A DNA stretch of 64,000 nucleotides from Tubiluchus corallicola (taxonomy: Eukaryota > Animalia > Priapulida), in contig JAQGDQ010000921.1 in the NCBI GenBank assembly GCA_030141605.1, forward strand, positions 1 to 64,000. The letters run 5' to 3'. Position 1 is the first letter of the stretch. Every line of letters starts with the position of its first letter. Both the position numbers and the translations under genes were made by a program. Shown here piece by piece: positions 1-14,298 of this stretch. The notes under the pieces were generated by a model that was not told the origin of the DNA, searched no databases, and saw only the letters and a list, made by a program, of their open reading frames with translations.

Positions 1-467
1 TATATGGGTGAGAAAAATCAAAATAAGTACCTTAAAGGCACATCCAAATAAATATCAAAAATTATATAAACTAGCACAGGCTATCTGTGATTATACATGG
101 TTACAATGCAAGAACACTGTCTATTTAGTTTTGTGTTTCATATTGTTTTTGGGGGTGATTTTTTATGCAATCTAAGTATTTTACAATATTTACAAATGAA
201 GACAGGACAATTTATAATAGCTAATATTGTCTTAGACTCCATATAGCAAACGTAGTGTGGCATGAACTCCATCCATCAGCTGCATAGCAGTGTAACCATT
301 GCCATAACCTGTGACTGACATAACCATAACCATCATAACCGCAACTAGTAACCATAATTGGAACGGGCCCTGAACCAATCAGGAAACCAACTGCATCATC
401 ATATCCATGACGTACTGAATCAACAAACGAGAGTTCAAAGTCTGTCACTACTACTATTCACTAATCA

Positions 468-3400
468 CTAGATAATAAGTCGGTGCTGACATCTGTTAGC
501 CATTTTCTTGCCTTTTTGGCGGCTTCTCTTTGGACGTTCGCTGACAGGTAGAGGTGAAGAATCCGCATCTGAAATGCAAGCAGCATCATCATTCTTGTTA
601 AGACAAGACACGTGTTCAGTCGAAACGTCTGTCAAAGTCGTATGAGATGAGTTATGAAAATGACATTCAAGGGGGTACAGACATTTAATATTTCTGTTCA
701 AAGTGGAACCATTAACAAGAATTTCAACACTACGAATTAAGCCATCTGCACTAGGCTTCAATTTAAGAACTTTGCCAAGGCGCCACTGTCCTCGTGGAAG
801 GTTTTGGTCTTCTACCAGTACTACATCCCCTATACAAGGAGTAAACGGAACGGTTACCTTAGGTTGAGAAATATATTTGCGATGCTGTTCTCTAAGACTG
901 AGAAGATACTCATCTTTCCAGATTCGCCAGAAATTGCTAAGGATCCGTTGACCTTTCTTCCATAAGGCAAGTAACTTCTGTGCTGAGGTTTCTTTACCAA
1001 CTGTAAAGTCTGGATCACTGTAGTGCATCTCAGGCATAGTGTGCAAGATCTGCTGATTAAGAAAATCTGAAGGAGTTAGAGCATGAGTAGAATTTATGTC
1101 AGCATCAATATAAGTAAGAGGCCTATTATTGATAACATTTTCTATTTCAATAAGCAAAGTATTGAGATGTGCATGTGAAAGAGGATGATTACCGATTACC
1201 TTTCTCAAAGAACGCTTCACCAAAGCAACTAACCGTTCGAAAAATCCGCCAGTCCATGGTGATAACTGTGTGATGAATTTCCACTCTACACCCTTGCAAG
1301 CTGAAAAATCTAGAATTGCATTTTCAAAAATGTATGTAACCGTTTGCTTGGCAAGTTTGAAGGACGAGAAATTATCCGAAATTATAATATCTGGCAATCC
1401 ACGTCTACCAAAAAAACGGCGCAAACACATAAGAAAATGTTCAGCTGTTAGATTATTTACTAATTCTAGATGTACTGCTCTGGTTGTAAGGCAGGTGAAC
1501 AAACAAATCCAAGCTTTTTCATAAATTGGCTTGGAACTGCCGCCATAAAATTCTTTTGTGATCACTGGTCCCATATAATCTAGTCCAGTGTATTGAAAAC
1601 ACCGACTTTCAAACAAACGGGTTGAAGGTAGGTCGGCCATTTTAGGTAAACGGAAAGGACCTCCTTCGACTTTACGACATATGGTGCATTTAGAAAGTAC
1701 ACTACGGACAGCAGTGCGTCCTGATGGTATCCAGTACTTTTTACGTATCAGAGCTAACGTTTGAGCTGCTCCAACATGCAAATGAGTTACATGGTAGTGT
1801 CTTACCAGAAGCAGAGTAAAGGGGTGGTCCTTTGGTAACAACGCAGGTTTTCGTGAGCCATAGGTGTCCAGATTACCAAGTCGACCACAGCATCTGATTA
1901 TTCCATCATTATCGACCATTGGGCCAAGGTTTTGGAAGTTCCTTATTTGTTCAGGTGTAAATGCTGATTGAGTATGCCTTACCCACATCAAGGTGGCGTG
2001 TTCCATATCACGAGAGGTGATGCGATGAGACGTATCTGGATCACGACGAAATTTCCTGATGGCTTTCAGAACAAGGCATGTAACACGAACCAGCCTGACA
2101 AATGAAGAATGGTTAGACAATGGAATCACGGTAAGATCTACCTTATTTGCATCGACAGTCATGAGTGACGATTCAAATTTAGCAAAAGTACAAGAATCAT
2201 TAAGTTTAATTTCTGACTCGATTTGCTTTAACTCGTCTGAATTAACAGGTGGAAGATCACTAGAAGGCCACAATGATTTTTCGTGAAGTAAAAATTCAGG
2301 ACCATTAAACCAGGTCTCATTAAGAACACCAGAATTTGGTTTAGTGGCAAAGTCTGCAATGTTGTTTTCAGACGGTATATAGCGAAAAATCATATCATTG
2401 TAGCTGCGTAATTCACTTACTCTGTTAGTAACAAATGTACTCAGTGGTTTACTTGAGCGAAGCCAGTGCAAAACGCACTGTGAATCAGTAAGAATAGTGC
2501 ATATAACATCACTTATCTTCAACTGTTCTCGAACAAAGTTGGCAGCTCTCGCGCAGATTAGAACTCCCAACAACTCCATCCTGGGTATTGTTGTGTTCTT
2601 TGGAGCCAGTCTTGTCTTGGTGAAGACCAAATCTGTGCGAATAGTGCCGTCATGATGTAGCTGGCGAAGATAAATTACAGCGCTGTAAGCAACTGCTGAA
2701 GCGTCTGCAAAACAAGCGAGCTCAAAGTGCAAAACATTAATAGGATCAAAACAAATGCATCTAGGAAAATTTATTAACACTATATTACACAAATGGTCAG
2801 CTATATCAAACCAACGTTCAGCCAATTCAGGACTCAAAGAAGTATCCCAGTCATATTTTAGTTTCCAAAGTTCTGCAAGAAACAATTTAGCATTAAGGGT
2901 AATTGCACTAAAAAGTCCAAGTGGGTCAAAGTAACAAGCAACTTGCTTTAAAATTTCACGTTTAGTAACACTGTTATGTAAATTAGGAAGCAGCTTATGA
3001 GAAATACTTAACGTATCCGTTTCTGTGTTCCACTTCAAACCTAGTACTTTGATCTCCGTGGATTGAACTTTGTCATCCTTTGGAACCAAGTCGATGAAGT
3101 CTTTGTTGTTGGATCCCCATTGACGAAGGTTCATCGATGCAGAGGAGAACAGTTGTTTTGCTTGAAAGTAAAAAGAAGTTGCCTCTTCTGTGGAATTCAC
3201 GCCTAAAATGACATTATCGACATAGATATTTGGTAAAATCAATTTAGCAGCAGGTACCTCGTTTTCCATTTTTTGTAAATGATATCGTACAGTCCCTGAT
3301 AGAAGATGCGGTGAACAAAGAATGCCGAACGGGACCCTCTGGAAACGAAAAATTTGTAGGTTATCAGGTGTGACACTCACATTACTAGGGTTTTTAATCC

Positions 3401-6400
3401 ATAAAAAACGTGTAACATCACGGTCAGGCTCTAAAAGACCTACCGCCAAAAATGCCTTTTCGATATCACTAATAGCATACGGATGCATCCTGAAACGTAA
3501 TAAAATCCCACATAGGTCAGGCATAAGTACAGCTCCTCTATATAAACATTCGTTGAGAGAAGGACTAGCCTTATTAGCTTTAGCTGATGCGTTATACACA
3601 ATACGTATCTTTGTGCTAGCACGCTGTGGTGTTATCACTGGGTGGTGAGGAAGATAATGTAATGTGTTACCTGTGATAGTGTCATCTGTCACAAGTTCGA
3701 TTATTCCCTTGCCAAGTTGTTCCTGAATAATACCATGATACTTCTCCAACAACTCTGGTTTGGAGGAGAGTCTGCGCAAACAAGATTTTAACATACCAAT
3801 TGACAGAGCATAATTATCTGGTAGCACCTCTTGTCTCTTTCTCCAAGGCCATGAAACGTAATATCTTCCTTCTCTGTACTCTATAGTGTTTTTGAAATTT
3901 TTCTCCGCTTCCACATCACCGGAATTGGTAGGACAGTCAGAAATGCCAATTGTATCCAATTCCCAGAACCTGTCTACATCAACATCAATGGGTTTGCTTT
4001 TATTTTGGTGGTCAAAGCTCGCAAAAACTGTTTCAAAAATATTAGTAGAATTATGAGGCTCGTCTAGACCATCAGTTCTCACGCCTGGTTCAAAGCACAA
4101 AAGACTGGATTTGTGGGGCGGTGTAGTTTCAAGGATTTGATAATTGGGTATTCTGCCTCCAAGAATATACCCAAGGTGAGAATCAAAGAGATAAAATCCT
4201 GGTATAACTTCTATTTTTAATGGTTTAAGTATCTCGAAAAAATAGTCGTTGCCAAGGAGAAAATCAATTCGGGTTAAAGTGCCGTCAGTATTACAGAAGT
4301 CGTCAGCCAAAGATGGCCCATAAGTACGGTTCAAGTAATTTGAGATGTCATTAGGCAAAACTAGACGATGAGTGGCGGGAGAGATTGTCTCAACAACACG
4401 GACTACCATCGGTAAAGTTTTGTTGTCTTTGGTAAGCATGTTCACTCTGGAAGTATAGCAAGGTACTCTTTGCACACTATTAGTGCCGAAGGTGCCAAGG
4501 TAGAGATGATCAAGTTTACTGAGCTTGAGACCTAGCTGTTGGGCAAACTGCATTGTCATGTAAGAACATTGACTCCCTGTATCCATCCAGCAGCGCGTGG
4601 GTAATTTGGCACCCGAAAAAGGATTGCCAAGAACGCAGGAAGCTGTCAACAGAAAAACACGTTCTTCAGATGAGTATAGAGCGTTTTCGGAAGCTGTCTG
4701 AGACAGTAAAGGTTTCTTCGAAGATTGTTGCTGGGATAACTTCTTGTGTTCTACATTGCCCTGAGGGTAGCGCTTCGGACAGAGGCTTCTGTGGTGACCA
4801 GGAACTTTGCAGTATGCACAAAATCCTGATGATTTACACTGTGAAGAATAATGACTATCATTTAAACATTTCAAACAACGATTAACTAGCAAAGATTTTC
4901 GAGCACAAATAGTTGTATAAACATCGCAGTCATCATTAAAGTGTCCAGAACTTTTGCAGTAAATACAAAAGGAGCGCCTACCTCTGTTGAAATTCCCTGG
5001 ACGTTTAACAGCATTAGCTGGTCGATCCACCGCCTGCAGCACGCTGTCATTTCTAGTAGTGCTAGCCGGCTTAGGACGATCCGATTTCCATGACGAAGGG
5101 GTGGAAGGTTGACGGTGAAGCTGTTCTTCTAAAGCTTCCAGTCGTATCACATAGTCACGCAAGCTATTACGTAACTCTTCCACTGACCACGATTTGGACT
5201 TAGTCATGTCTTTTGTCGTTTGAATAGCCGAAAGCACCTTATATGGAAGTTTCTCGGCTATAAGCGGTACAACAAAAGAACTATCAACGCTGCGACCTGT
5301 ACTCTCAATGGATCTGAGATGAACTTCGATTTTATCCAAAAACCTGCGTAAATTTTTTAAACCATCACCACACTTTTCTAGGTGTGTCAACTCCTTGTGA
5401 TGCCGCTGAATAATCGTTTCGTGGCAGCCGAACCTGTCTTTCAATAAATCAATAACAGTAGAATAATTAGAATCATTAACTATGTAACCCTCGACTGCGC
5501 GAGCAGCAACACCTGTAAGTTTAGATTTTAAATGCTGAAATTTTTGAACTTTAGATAGATCAGGATTAGAATCAACAACATCAGAAAACATTGACCAAAA
5601 GGTTTGCCATTCAAGTATATTTCCGTTAAATGGTTTAATCTCAAGTTTAGGAATTCTACTATAAGCATGCGGTGAACTGAATGATGACTGATGAAATGGA
5701 GTTGGTGACTGAGGTGAGATGCTAGTTCGTAAGTCACTGTCAGTCTTAATGTCTAATTGGGCAATCAGAGAAGTCACTTGGTTAGACAGTAAGATGTCTT
5801 CATCTGTATAGCGTGCAGTAAGCTCAAGCACAGAGTGGGGGTCCGATAGTTGCAAGATCGATTCTGACAATTGGTCTATCTTCTGAAGTCTGGCCTTGAG
5901 TGAGGCTATGCAAGTTTTAACCCGCTGTAAATATTGACTGGGGTTTCGTGAGATAACACTAGAAGAAGCTGAGATAAGAGTGTTGGCTTCTAGTTCATCT
6001 TTGTGTATTTGTTCAATTTGTTTGGCTCGGATAAGCATAAAAGAAGAAAGTCTAGCGTTGGCCGCCACTTGCTGGGGTTCGATTTTCATCGCAGCTGCAG
6101 GATTCGAAGTAGGCAGCAAAGGAATAGCTGTAGTAGTAATTGTAGCCGTACCCGTAGTTACAGGTTTAGCCGCTGTCGTCGAAGCTAGCGTGTCAGTAGT
6201 AGTGACAGTAACAACAGGCTTCTTAGGTTTAACCCCTTGATAACCATCTGAGGGAAGCGGATCAACAGATGAAGTTTGATCCAAAGTTTCTGCCTCAAAT
6301 TCAGTTTCAGTATCAGAAAGATGTTGTTCGTCTCCTGATTCATATGTACTTTTTAACGCTTTTTCCATCTTAGCCGTTTTACTACGAGTCTGTATAGACA

Positions 6401-6401
6401 T
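468..6401 (-). CDS. Bel/Pao LTR retrotransposon gag-pol polyprotein (1977 aa, uninterrupted ORF)
   Basis: Domain order typical of Bel/Pao: gag-like region (IPKLEIKPFNG..WQTFW, DUF1759-like), three Cys/His knuckles (CIYCKSSGHFNDDC, CLKCLNDSHYSSQC, CAYCKVPGHHRSLC), aspartic protease (WMDTGSQCS), RT (YLPHHPV, DIEKAF, YVDN), RNase H (FADAS, TIPRMEL, TDSQ, NIADFATK), integrase (zinc-binding H..H..CTIC, GLDYMGP, SDNF, GGFFERLV) and a DUF5641-like C-terminus (FWRIWKDEYL). Confidence 0.97.
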   Translation of the reverse strand: MSIQTRSKTAKMEKALKSTYESGDEQHLSDTETEFEAETLDQTSSVDPLPSDGYQGVKPKKPVVTVTTTDTLASTTAAKPVTTGTATITTTAIPLLPTSNPAAAMKIEPQQVAANARLSSFMLIRAKQIEQIHKDELEANTLISASSSVISRNPSQYLQRVKTCIASLKARLQKIDQLSESILQLSDPHSVLELTARYTDEDILLSNQVTSLIAQLDIKTDSDLRTSISPQSPTPFHQSSFSSPHAYSRIPKLEIKPFNGNILEWQTFWSMFSDVVDSNPDLSKVQKFQHLKSKLTGVAARAVEGYIVNDSNYSTVIDLLKDRFGCHETIIQRHHKELTHLEKCGDGLKNLRRFLDKIEVHLRSIESTGRSVDSSFVVPLIAEKLPYKVLSAIQTTKDMTKSKSWSVEELRNSLRDYVIRLEALEEQLHRQPSTPSSWKSDRPKPASTTRNDSVLQAVDRPANAVKRPGNFNRGRRSFCIYCKSSGHFNDDCDVYTTICARKSLLVNRCLKCLNDSHYSSQCKSSGFCAYCKVPGHHRSLCPKRYPQGNVEHKKLSQQQSSKKPLLSQTASENALYSSEERVFLLTASCVLGNPFSGAKLPTRCWMDTGSQCSYMTMQFAQQLGLKLSKLDHLYLGTFGTNSVQRVPCYTSRVNMLTKDNKTLPMVVRVVETISPATHRLVLPNDISNYLNRTYGPSLADDFCNTDGTLTRIDFLLGNDYFFEILKPLKIEVIPGFYLFDSHLGYILGGRIPNYQILETTPPHKSSLLCFEPGVRTDGLDEPHNSTNIFETVFASFDHQNKSKPIDVDVDRFWELDTIGISDCPTNSGDVEAEKNFKNTIEYREGRYYVSWPWRKRQEVLPDNYALSIGMLKSCLRRLSSKPELLEKYHGIIQEQLGKGIIELVTDDTITGNTLHYLPHHPVITPQRASTKIRIVYNASAKANKASPSLNECLYRGAVLMPDLCGILLRFRMHPYAISDIEKAFLAVGLLEPDRDVTRFLWIKNPSNVSVTPDNLQIFRFQRVPFGILCSPHLLSGTVRYHLQKMENEVPAAKLILPNIYVDNVILGVNSTEEATSFYFQAKQLFSSASMNLRQWGSNNKDFIDLVPKDDKVQSTEIKVLGLKWNTETDTLSISHKLLPNLHNSVTKREILKQVACYFDPLGLFSAITLNAKLFLAELWKLKYDWDTSLSPELAERWFDIADHLCNIVLINFPRCICFDPINVLHFELACFADASAVAYSAVIYLRQLHHDGTIRTDLVFTKTRLAPKNTTIPRMELLGVLICARAANFVREQLKISDVICTILTDSQCVLHWLRSSKPLSTFVTNRVSELRSYNDMIFRYIPSENNIADFATKPNSGVLNETWFNGPEFLLHEKSLWPSSDLPPVNSDELKQIESEIKLNDSCTFAKFESSLMTVDANKVDLTVIPLSNHSSFVRLVRVTCLVLKAIRKFRRDPDTSHRITSRDMEHATLMWVRHTQSAFTPEQIRNFQNLGPMVDNDGIIRCCGRLGNLDTYGSRKPALLPKDHPFTLLLVRHYHVTHLHVGAAQTLALIRKKYWIPSGRTAVRSVLSKCTICRKVEGGPFRLPKMADLPSTRLFESRCFQYTGLDYMGPVITKEFYGGSSKPIYEKAWICLFTCLTTRAVHLELVNNLTAEHFLMCLRRFFGRRGLPDIIISDNFSSFKLAKQTVTYIFENAILDFSACKGVEWKFITQLSPWTGGFFERLVALVKRSLRKVIGNHPLSHAHLNTLLIEIENVINNRPLTYIDADINSTHALTPSDFLNQQILHTMPEMHYSDPDFTVGKETSAQKLLALWKKGQRILSNFWRIWKDEYLLSLREQHRKYISQPKVTVPFTPCIGDVVLVEDQNLPRGQWRLGKVLKLKPSADGLIRSVEILVNGSTLNRNIKCLYPLECHFHNSSHTTLTDVSTEHVSCLNKNDDAACISDADSSPLPVSERPKRSRQKGKKMANRCQHRLII

Positions 6402-7115
6402 GTATGCTGTAAAGTAATAGGATTAGGACACAAGATGAACAATCACGTTTAACAATCAATCAATTTTATCAAACCTTAAAAGGTACACAAACTATACGCA
6501 ATCAAATAAGAATGAATATTTCTAGTACTAGTTAGTTATGTGCTGTATAAACGCTGCGACCTTTTCCAGCCCTTGACCTTGGAGCCGGTACGCTATGCTA
6601 CAGCTGTAAACAAAAATGACCTAGATTTAAGCTGTACAGCAAAACGTCCTAGTTAAACTCGTAAACCTGTAGAAAAAATTTGTCAGCGAAGTAAGCTGTA
6701 AAATAAAATATGTTATCAGACTATATACTATGCTAGGCTGAAAATAAAAAGGTAGAAATTACAATATTTACTTTTGCTGTCACAAATTACGTGCCTTACG
6801 AGAAGCATAAAATCAATACCAAAGGCTACTATTAAAAATACAACAAACGTATGATTCAAGTTATAGCGTTATATCTTAACTATTATAGTAAGCCTTGCGC
6901 TTCTCTACAGGTCTTATCAACGTCAGCTTATTTCTATCAGTAGCGCTAAACTAAATGACTCGAGCGCATATAATTTATAAAACTGCTGACTATAAGAAAT
7001 ATGAAGCACCCTCCCGAGGGCAAAGAACTTTTTGGACAGCAGCAAAATTCGCAAAATTTAAGCAGCCTAGCATGTGCTCACACTTCAAATATTTACGGAT
7101 TTAATTTAAGCAAAA

Positions 7116-7131
7116 CCGGTGTGAGGCACCA
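7116..7131 (-). promoter_or_regulatory. Primer-binding site of the Bel/Pao element
   Basis: Minus strand TGGTGCCTCACACCGG directly after a ...CA LTR end; TGG is the complement of tRNA CCA. Cognate tRNA not identified. Confidence 0.7.
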
Positions 7132-8039
7132 TGTGAAAAATGCTCATTTTTTCATAAGTTTTGTGGGAGAGACGTCGGCCTGGTTCTTAATTAAACAAAT
7201 ACGTGGAAGTGTATATAGTCTAGTATATTTTTTATAGAGAAAGGTGCATAACGCTTAAGTCTACGAGTTGATAATTAGAATGTTTTGCTGTTACTGAAAC
7301 ATGATTTAGACTAAATTTTAACTCTTAACAAAAACCGCATAACCATTGGTTTAAAAAGGAGTGGCCACCCAAATGAAGTTTATTCAATTCACAAGATTTG
7401 TCGCAATTACATAGTTACTTCTTATAACAGCAGTAAACCTAATTATAGATACACATCAGCACATAACCAAAAAAAAAAAACTATTAAAGAAAGGGGAAAA
7501 AAATTCACCTAACGAATTAGGCGGACCATTTGACGTCTGCTTGTAGTAAAAGCAACCGTCAAATGCTCACCTGTACAATGGTGACGAAGGAATTTATAGC
7601 TTCGGAATGAAGCCCGTATGAATAACTCAAGGTTAACCTAATTGAATCTCTCTAGATAAATTTGCAAAGGTTATAGAACCGGAATAAACTAGTTTACAAT
7701 GCTGTAGAGTAGAATTCAATCACGGGAATCCGTGACAACCACATCAAATCCACCACCTCACATGGTGATCATGATGTTGATGATGATGATGATGATGATG
7801 GTGACAACGATGACAACACCTATAGCACAAGCACCAACAGCGCAGCATTACAACAAAACCATTCCAAACATTTTTCACAAAGTTGAAACTATGTGCTATA
7901 ATATAATAAATAGCAAACGCCCCGCAAAAGATTTTGCGTATAAATACACGTGTAATCAATAATACGCGAACATCCTACCTAGTCCACATTTATAACACAA
8001 AGCCCGTAACATCGTGTCTACTGTTTGTTTAACTAACGC

Positions 8040-8693
8040 AAAGCCTGTAGCTTTTTGCTGAATTAAAGTTACATAAGATTATAGACAGAGTACAATGGAT
8101 GACGTCAGAACAATGCCTTTGCGTCAACAGTTTTCTAAGCGAAAATTGCCGAAAATGGAACCTCTAATTAACTCGCCAGTACTCCTCTCGGTGGACCTGC
8201 CCTAAAATATAACCTACGTCATCATGTAGCCCTGTCCTTCCTCTTTGTAAAGAGCTATATATCTCCTTCCGAGAGTCCCACTGGGCGACGCTAGAACGTT
8301 TTTCCCGCAGGCTGTTTGGTCAAAATTTCGAAAAAATCGCGAGTTGGGTCCGGGAAAACGTCCGTTACGGGACGCCGTGGCCCTCTCGGGAATTCTAAAT
8401 ATCATTACTACACCCACCGCTGAACGGGCTATCTATCCATACCCAGAACCACCCTCGGCCCGTTCCCGTTCTCTACATCTCAGCCGTATAACTTTTGCAA
8501 AAAACGGCCGAAAAATGGCCATTTTTGGAGGTTTTTCGCCCCCCGTTCCTCCCGGTGGGCCCGATTCGAAAAATAAACCATCAATGGCACGACACTAGAT
8601 CGAGACCTTTCGTTTGATATATAGATCGCCGCAAATGGTGCCCTCGTCGGGGCTGTAGCTTCGAATCTTATATATAAATAAATATATTAAGAT
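8040..8693 (+). mobile_element. GC-rich non-autonomous element, possibly Helentron/HINE-like
   Basis: Sharp GC/CpG-rich island in AT-rich DNA, containing GACCTTTCGTTTGATATAT and ending ...TATATTAAGAT, reminiscent of DINE/Helentron-type ends. No ORF with recognisable motifs. Confidence 0.35.
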
Positions 8694-8711
8694 ACCAAGA
8701 ATATTAATATA

Positions 8712-10098
8712 AGAGATGACCTCATTTATTGATGTAGTAACTGCTGGTTTTTAACTGATTCTTTGTGTTTTGTATTTCTTATAATGTTTTTATTTTTGCG
8801 TACTTTCGTAGCTCTTTTAACTGTGCATGGCGTGTAATATTTATTGGTTTTAGGGTAATTTTTAATTTCTATATGACATTTTTTTCGTTCTGAAATAAAC
8901 TTTAAAAATAAATAAATAAATTTATGCGCATTACTTCACAGTCAGAGTTGCATTCAGTTTATGCAGATTGTAATTAAATTTAGTTTATTAAAATCATTAG
9001 TTGTAAACAACTTAAAACATTTCAGATCTCTAGCGCAAAAACACAAATTGTTATTTACATAGCAAAGTTTTGCGCAAATTCGCGCAAAGGAATTCCGCGT
9101 ACACCGTGATTATGAGCAGTGTGCTCTGTGACGCCAACAAAGCGTGTAGACAAAACGTGCTATGTGGAATTACCGCGATCACGCGCAGTGTGGTCTGTGA
9201 CACGCCATCATAGCGTGTAGACAAAACGTGCTGTGTGCAATTACCGTGATCATGCGCAGTGTGCTCTGTGACATGCCATCATAGCGTGTAGACAAAACGC
9301 GCTGTGTGCAATTACCGTGATCATGCGCATTGTGCTCTGTGACGCCATCAAAGCATATAGACAAAACGCACTGTGTGGAATTACCGTGATTATGAGCAGT
9401 GTGCTCGAAAAGAAATTGTACGAAAAGGAAGTGACGAAGTCTATTGTTACGTATTTCGTTTTTGCGCTAAGCGGTATGCTGGCGGCATCAAACGGCGGTT
9501 GATTAAAAGCTTTTTAGGCGCGCATAGACTGTGATTTTATTTATTAAGTCCAACACACGCGCAATTTTGATCAGCTAAAATCACTTTTGCGTTTTTAATA
9601 AAACAAGAACATCTCAAATCAGTTATTAGTTTAAAAAAACTAAAAACATTCCATGAAAACGAAAACACTTGTAGCAACAAGTTTCAATTACGTACTTGCA
9701 AATACTTCTTCAGTTTTCTTGTAAGTAAAATTATTTCCTGAGGAAAGAGGCTAGCTGACTGCGTGATGGGCTGCTACTATGTAAAAAACTAAAGCATTTT
9801 TATTGATTTATTGATTTTTCTCTGCTTCCCTGTCTTAGAGAAAAGAGGGTAAGGGAGAGAGAAGGAAATAAACAGTGAGAAACCGAGGGAGGAAGAAGGA
9901 GGAAAAGAAAGAGAGAGACAGAGAGAGGCAGGGAAACAGAAATAAGGGAGAGAGGGACAGAGAGAGCGAGGGAGGGAGAAAGAGGCACACAGCGATAGAG
10001 AGATAGAGAGAGATCCTTCTCTTTCTTTTGTTGAAGGTTCTGCCATTTGTTTCTTGGTCGTTTTACTACAATACGATGTGGCGAATTTGGCACATTAA
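8712..10098 (+). repeat. Modular dispersed repeat, copy A (internal 69-71-bp VNTR at ~9104-9405; purine-rich GA tract)
   Basis: Aligns directly with 11460-12617, from GATGACCTCATTTATTGATGTAG to GAATTTGGCACATTAA. Confidence 0.85.
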
Positions 10099-10514
10099 AA
10101 ATTACACCCATTACATGCCCTGCAATTAATCTAAAACGTTACATTTATTACTGCTGAAAACACGTTACGTTTTCCTTTTTTATCTTAACCGTCTTAATCA
10201 CTTATTTGCTATTAATATTTGCCCTACAATGTATTCGAGATGCTCATTAAATTTGTTATTATGATTTCATTAATTCAGTACTTTTTCTCCAGTGTTTTCG
10301 ACTAAGTGTTTAATTCCTTACCCAAGGATTAAGCTTAAGTCACAGACCACCTATCAACAATAGCGATAATTACACTACGTCGTCACAGCCACCCTAAATA
10401 TTCTTAAAATGGACCGTCAGAACCTGAGAAAACTGTTGAGAAAACAACTATACAGCAACTTTAAGAACTTTATTGAAAGTACTCATGTTAGAACATCAGC
10501 GAGGCTGATCACTC

Positions 10515-10516
<2 letters not shown>

Positions 10517-10583
<67 letters not shown>

Positions 10584-10612
10584 GCTGTTATTATTACTAT
10601 TATTATTATTGT
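10517..10612 (+). repeat. Compound (TAT)n/(TGT)n microsatellite
   Basis: Direct inspection. Confidence 0.95.
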
Positions 10613-10619
10613 TTTATTA

Positions 10620-13120
<2,501 letters not shown>

Positions 13121-13634
13121 GCACCAGAGCTAACCGCTCACTGTGTTAACCTCTGAAATGTCTGTGAAAACGCGCTGTGTGTGTGTGAAAGTGCAGGACC
13201 TTCATTTGTTTGTTTTTCGTGTAAAATGCGCACATTTTGGTGAGAAAGTTTTTGTTCGTTTCAGTTATGAAAAATGTGAATGTTATTTTAGAGGAAAATT
13301 TTGAAAGACGTTTTAGTGTGTAATCAAACTCGAATTGTGCCTGTGAAATTGGTTGTGTACGACATGTGTATCTGAAGGAATATTATTTTGTGATGCTTTA
13401 TTTTTGCTGGAAAGATTTCTATCAGAAGCGCTCCCTGTCGTTTGCTACATTAATTAATTAAGCGACATTAGCAAACAAATTGCGCACTATTTACTGGGAT
13501 TTACAGGGATAATCGATAATACTAAATTAAATCTTGAACTGAAACGAAAAACTTTATTGCAACCTGATTTGTGAGCCTTTCTTTGTTTTATCAATATGCC
13601 TTTCAGCAAAGAAATACTTATATCAATGGTATAC

Positions 13635-14155
13635 TCAAGGCCTCTTCAAAAGACAGGTCGGGAAAGCACGTGATCTGCTTGCGTCACAACCCAGCTGTCC
13701 GCCATATTTGGGCCAGTTATAGCGGTAATCCTTTATTAACCCATTGACGAAGCGGTATAATAGAACTGGACCTCCTTTCTTCAAATCAATGAAAAGGAGG
13801 ACTTTTGCACCCTTCAAATTTTGCGTCAGTTAGTGCAACAACTACGGAGGCAGTATTTAGACTGATATTTGCTCAGGACCCATTCCTTAATGAAATTTTG
13901 GATACAACAAATAAAGCGATTTTAGCAAGAATTAGCGATTCTGAAGGATAGAAGTTTCATGATATTTTGTGCAAAATTGATTACAAAATCTATTCAAGCA
14001 CGGCTCCATATTCAAGCAAAATATTTAACGAGGAAACATTCCCAAAAAGATTCGTCTAGTAAAAGTGCTACTCAGCCTTTCCCGAAGTTTGGTAAAGTTA
14101 TTTAATAATCCCAATTATAATGCTAATTTATTATAGTCTTTTGAAGAGGCCTTGA
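13635..14155. mobile_element. MITE with perfect 20-bp terminal inverted repeats
   Basis: TCAAGGCCTCTTCAAAAGAC (13635-13654) and its exact reverse complement GTCTTTTGAAGAGGCCTTGA (14136-14155). Non-coding interior; superfamily uncertain (possibly PIF/Harbinger-like). Confidence 0.8.
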
Positions 14156-14298
14156 CCCTGCGCTGTCACTTAATCTGCTAGCAGAGTAGCCTGAGATCGT
14201 CCCGCGTAGGTGGTATGAAAAATCAAAAGTTGGCAGGTATAATAAGTAAGTTACATGATATTCTTGATTTTCAACTTTGGGAAGAATGATACGTGTAA

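Larger units (their letters stand above)
1..7300 (-). mobile_element. Bel/Pao element extent: polyprotein, ~730-bp leader, PBS and start of the 5' LTR; 3' LTR not in window
   Basis: On the minus strand ...TTTTTCACA (LTR end at 7132) is followed directly by TGGTGCC... No PPT or second LTR is visible in 1-467. The outer LTR boundary is unresolved. Confidence 0.7.

Noticed and set aside
221-448. 75-aa ORF downstream of the Bel/Pao polyprotein as a possible env or accessory gene
   Set aside because: Short, GTG start, no recognisable motif, and separated from the upstream frame by stops.
7132-7879. 748-bp LTR defined by the 11-bp inverted match TGTGAAAAATG / CATTTTTCACA
   Set aside because: The distal part overlaps low-complexity sequence that seems to belong to another repeat family, and there is no second LTR in the window to confirm it. 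Left unresolved.
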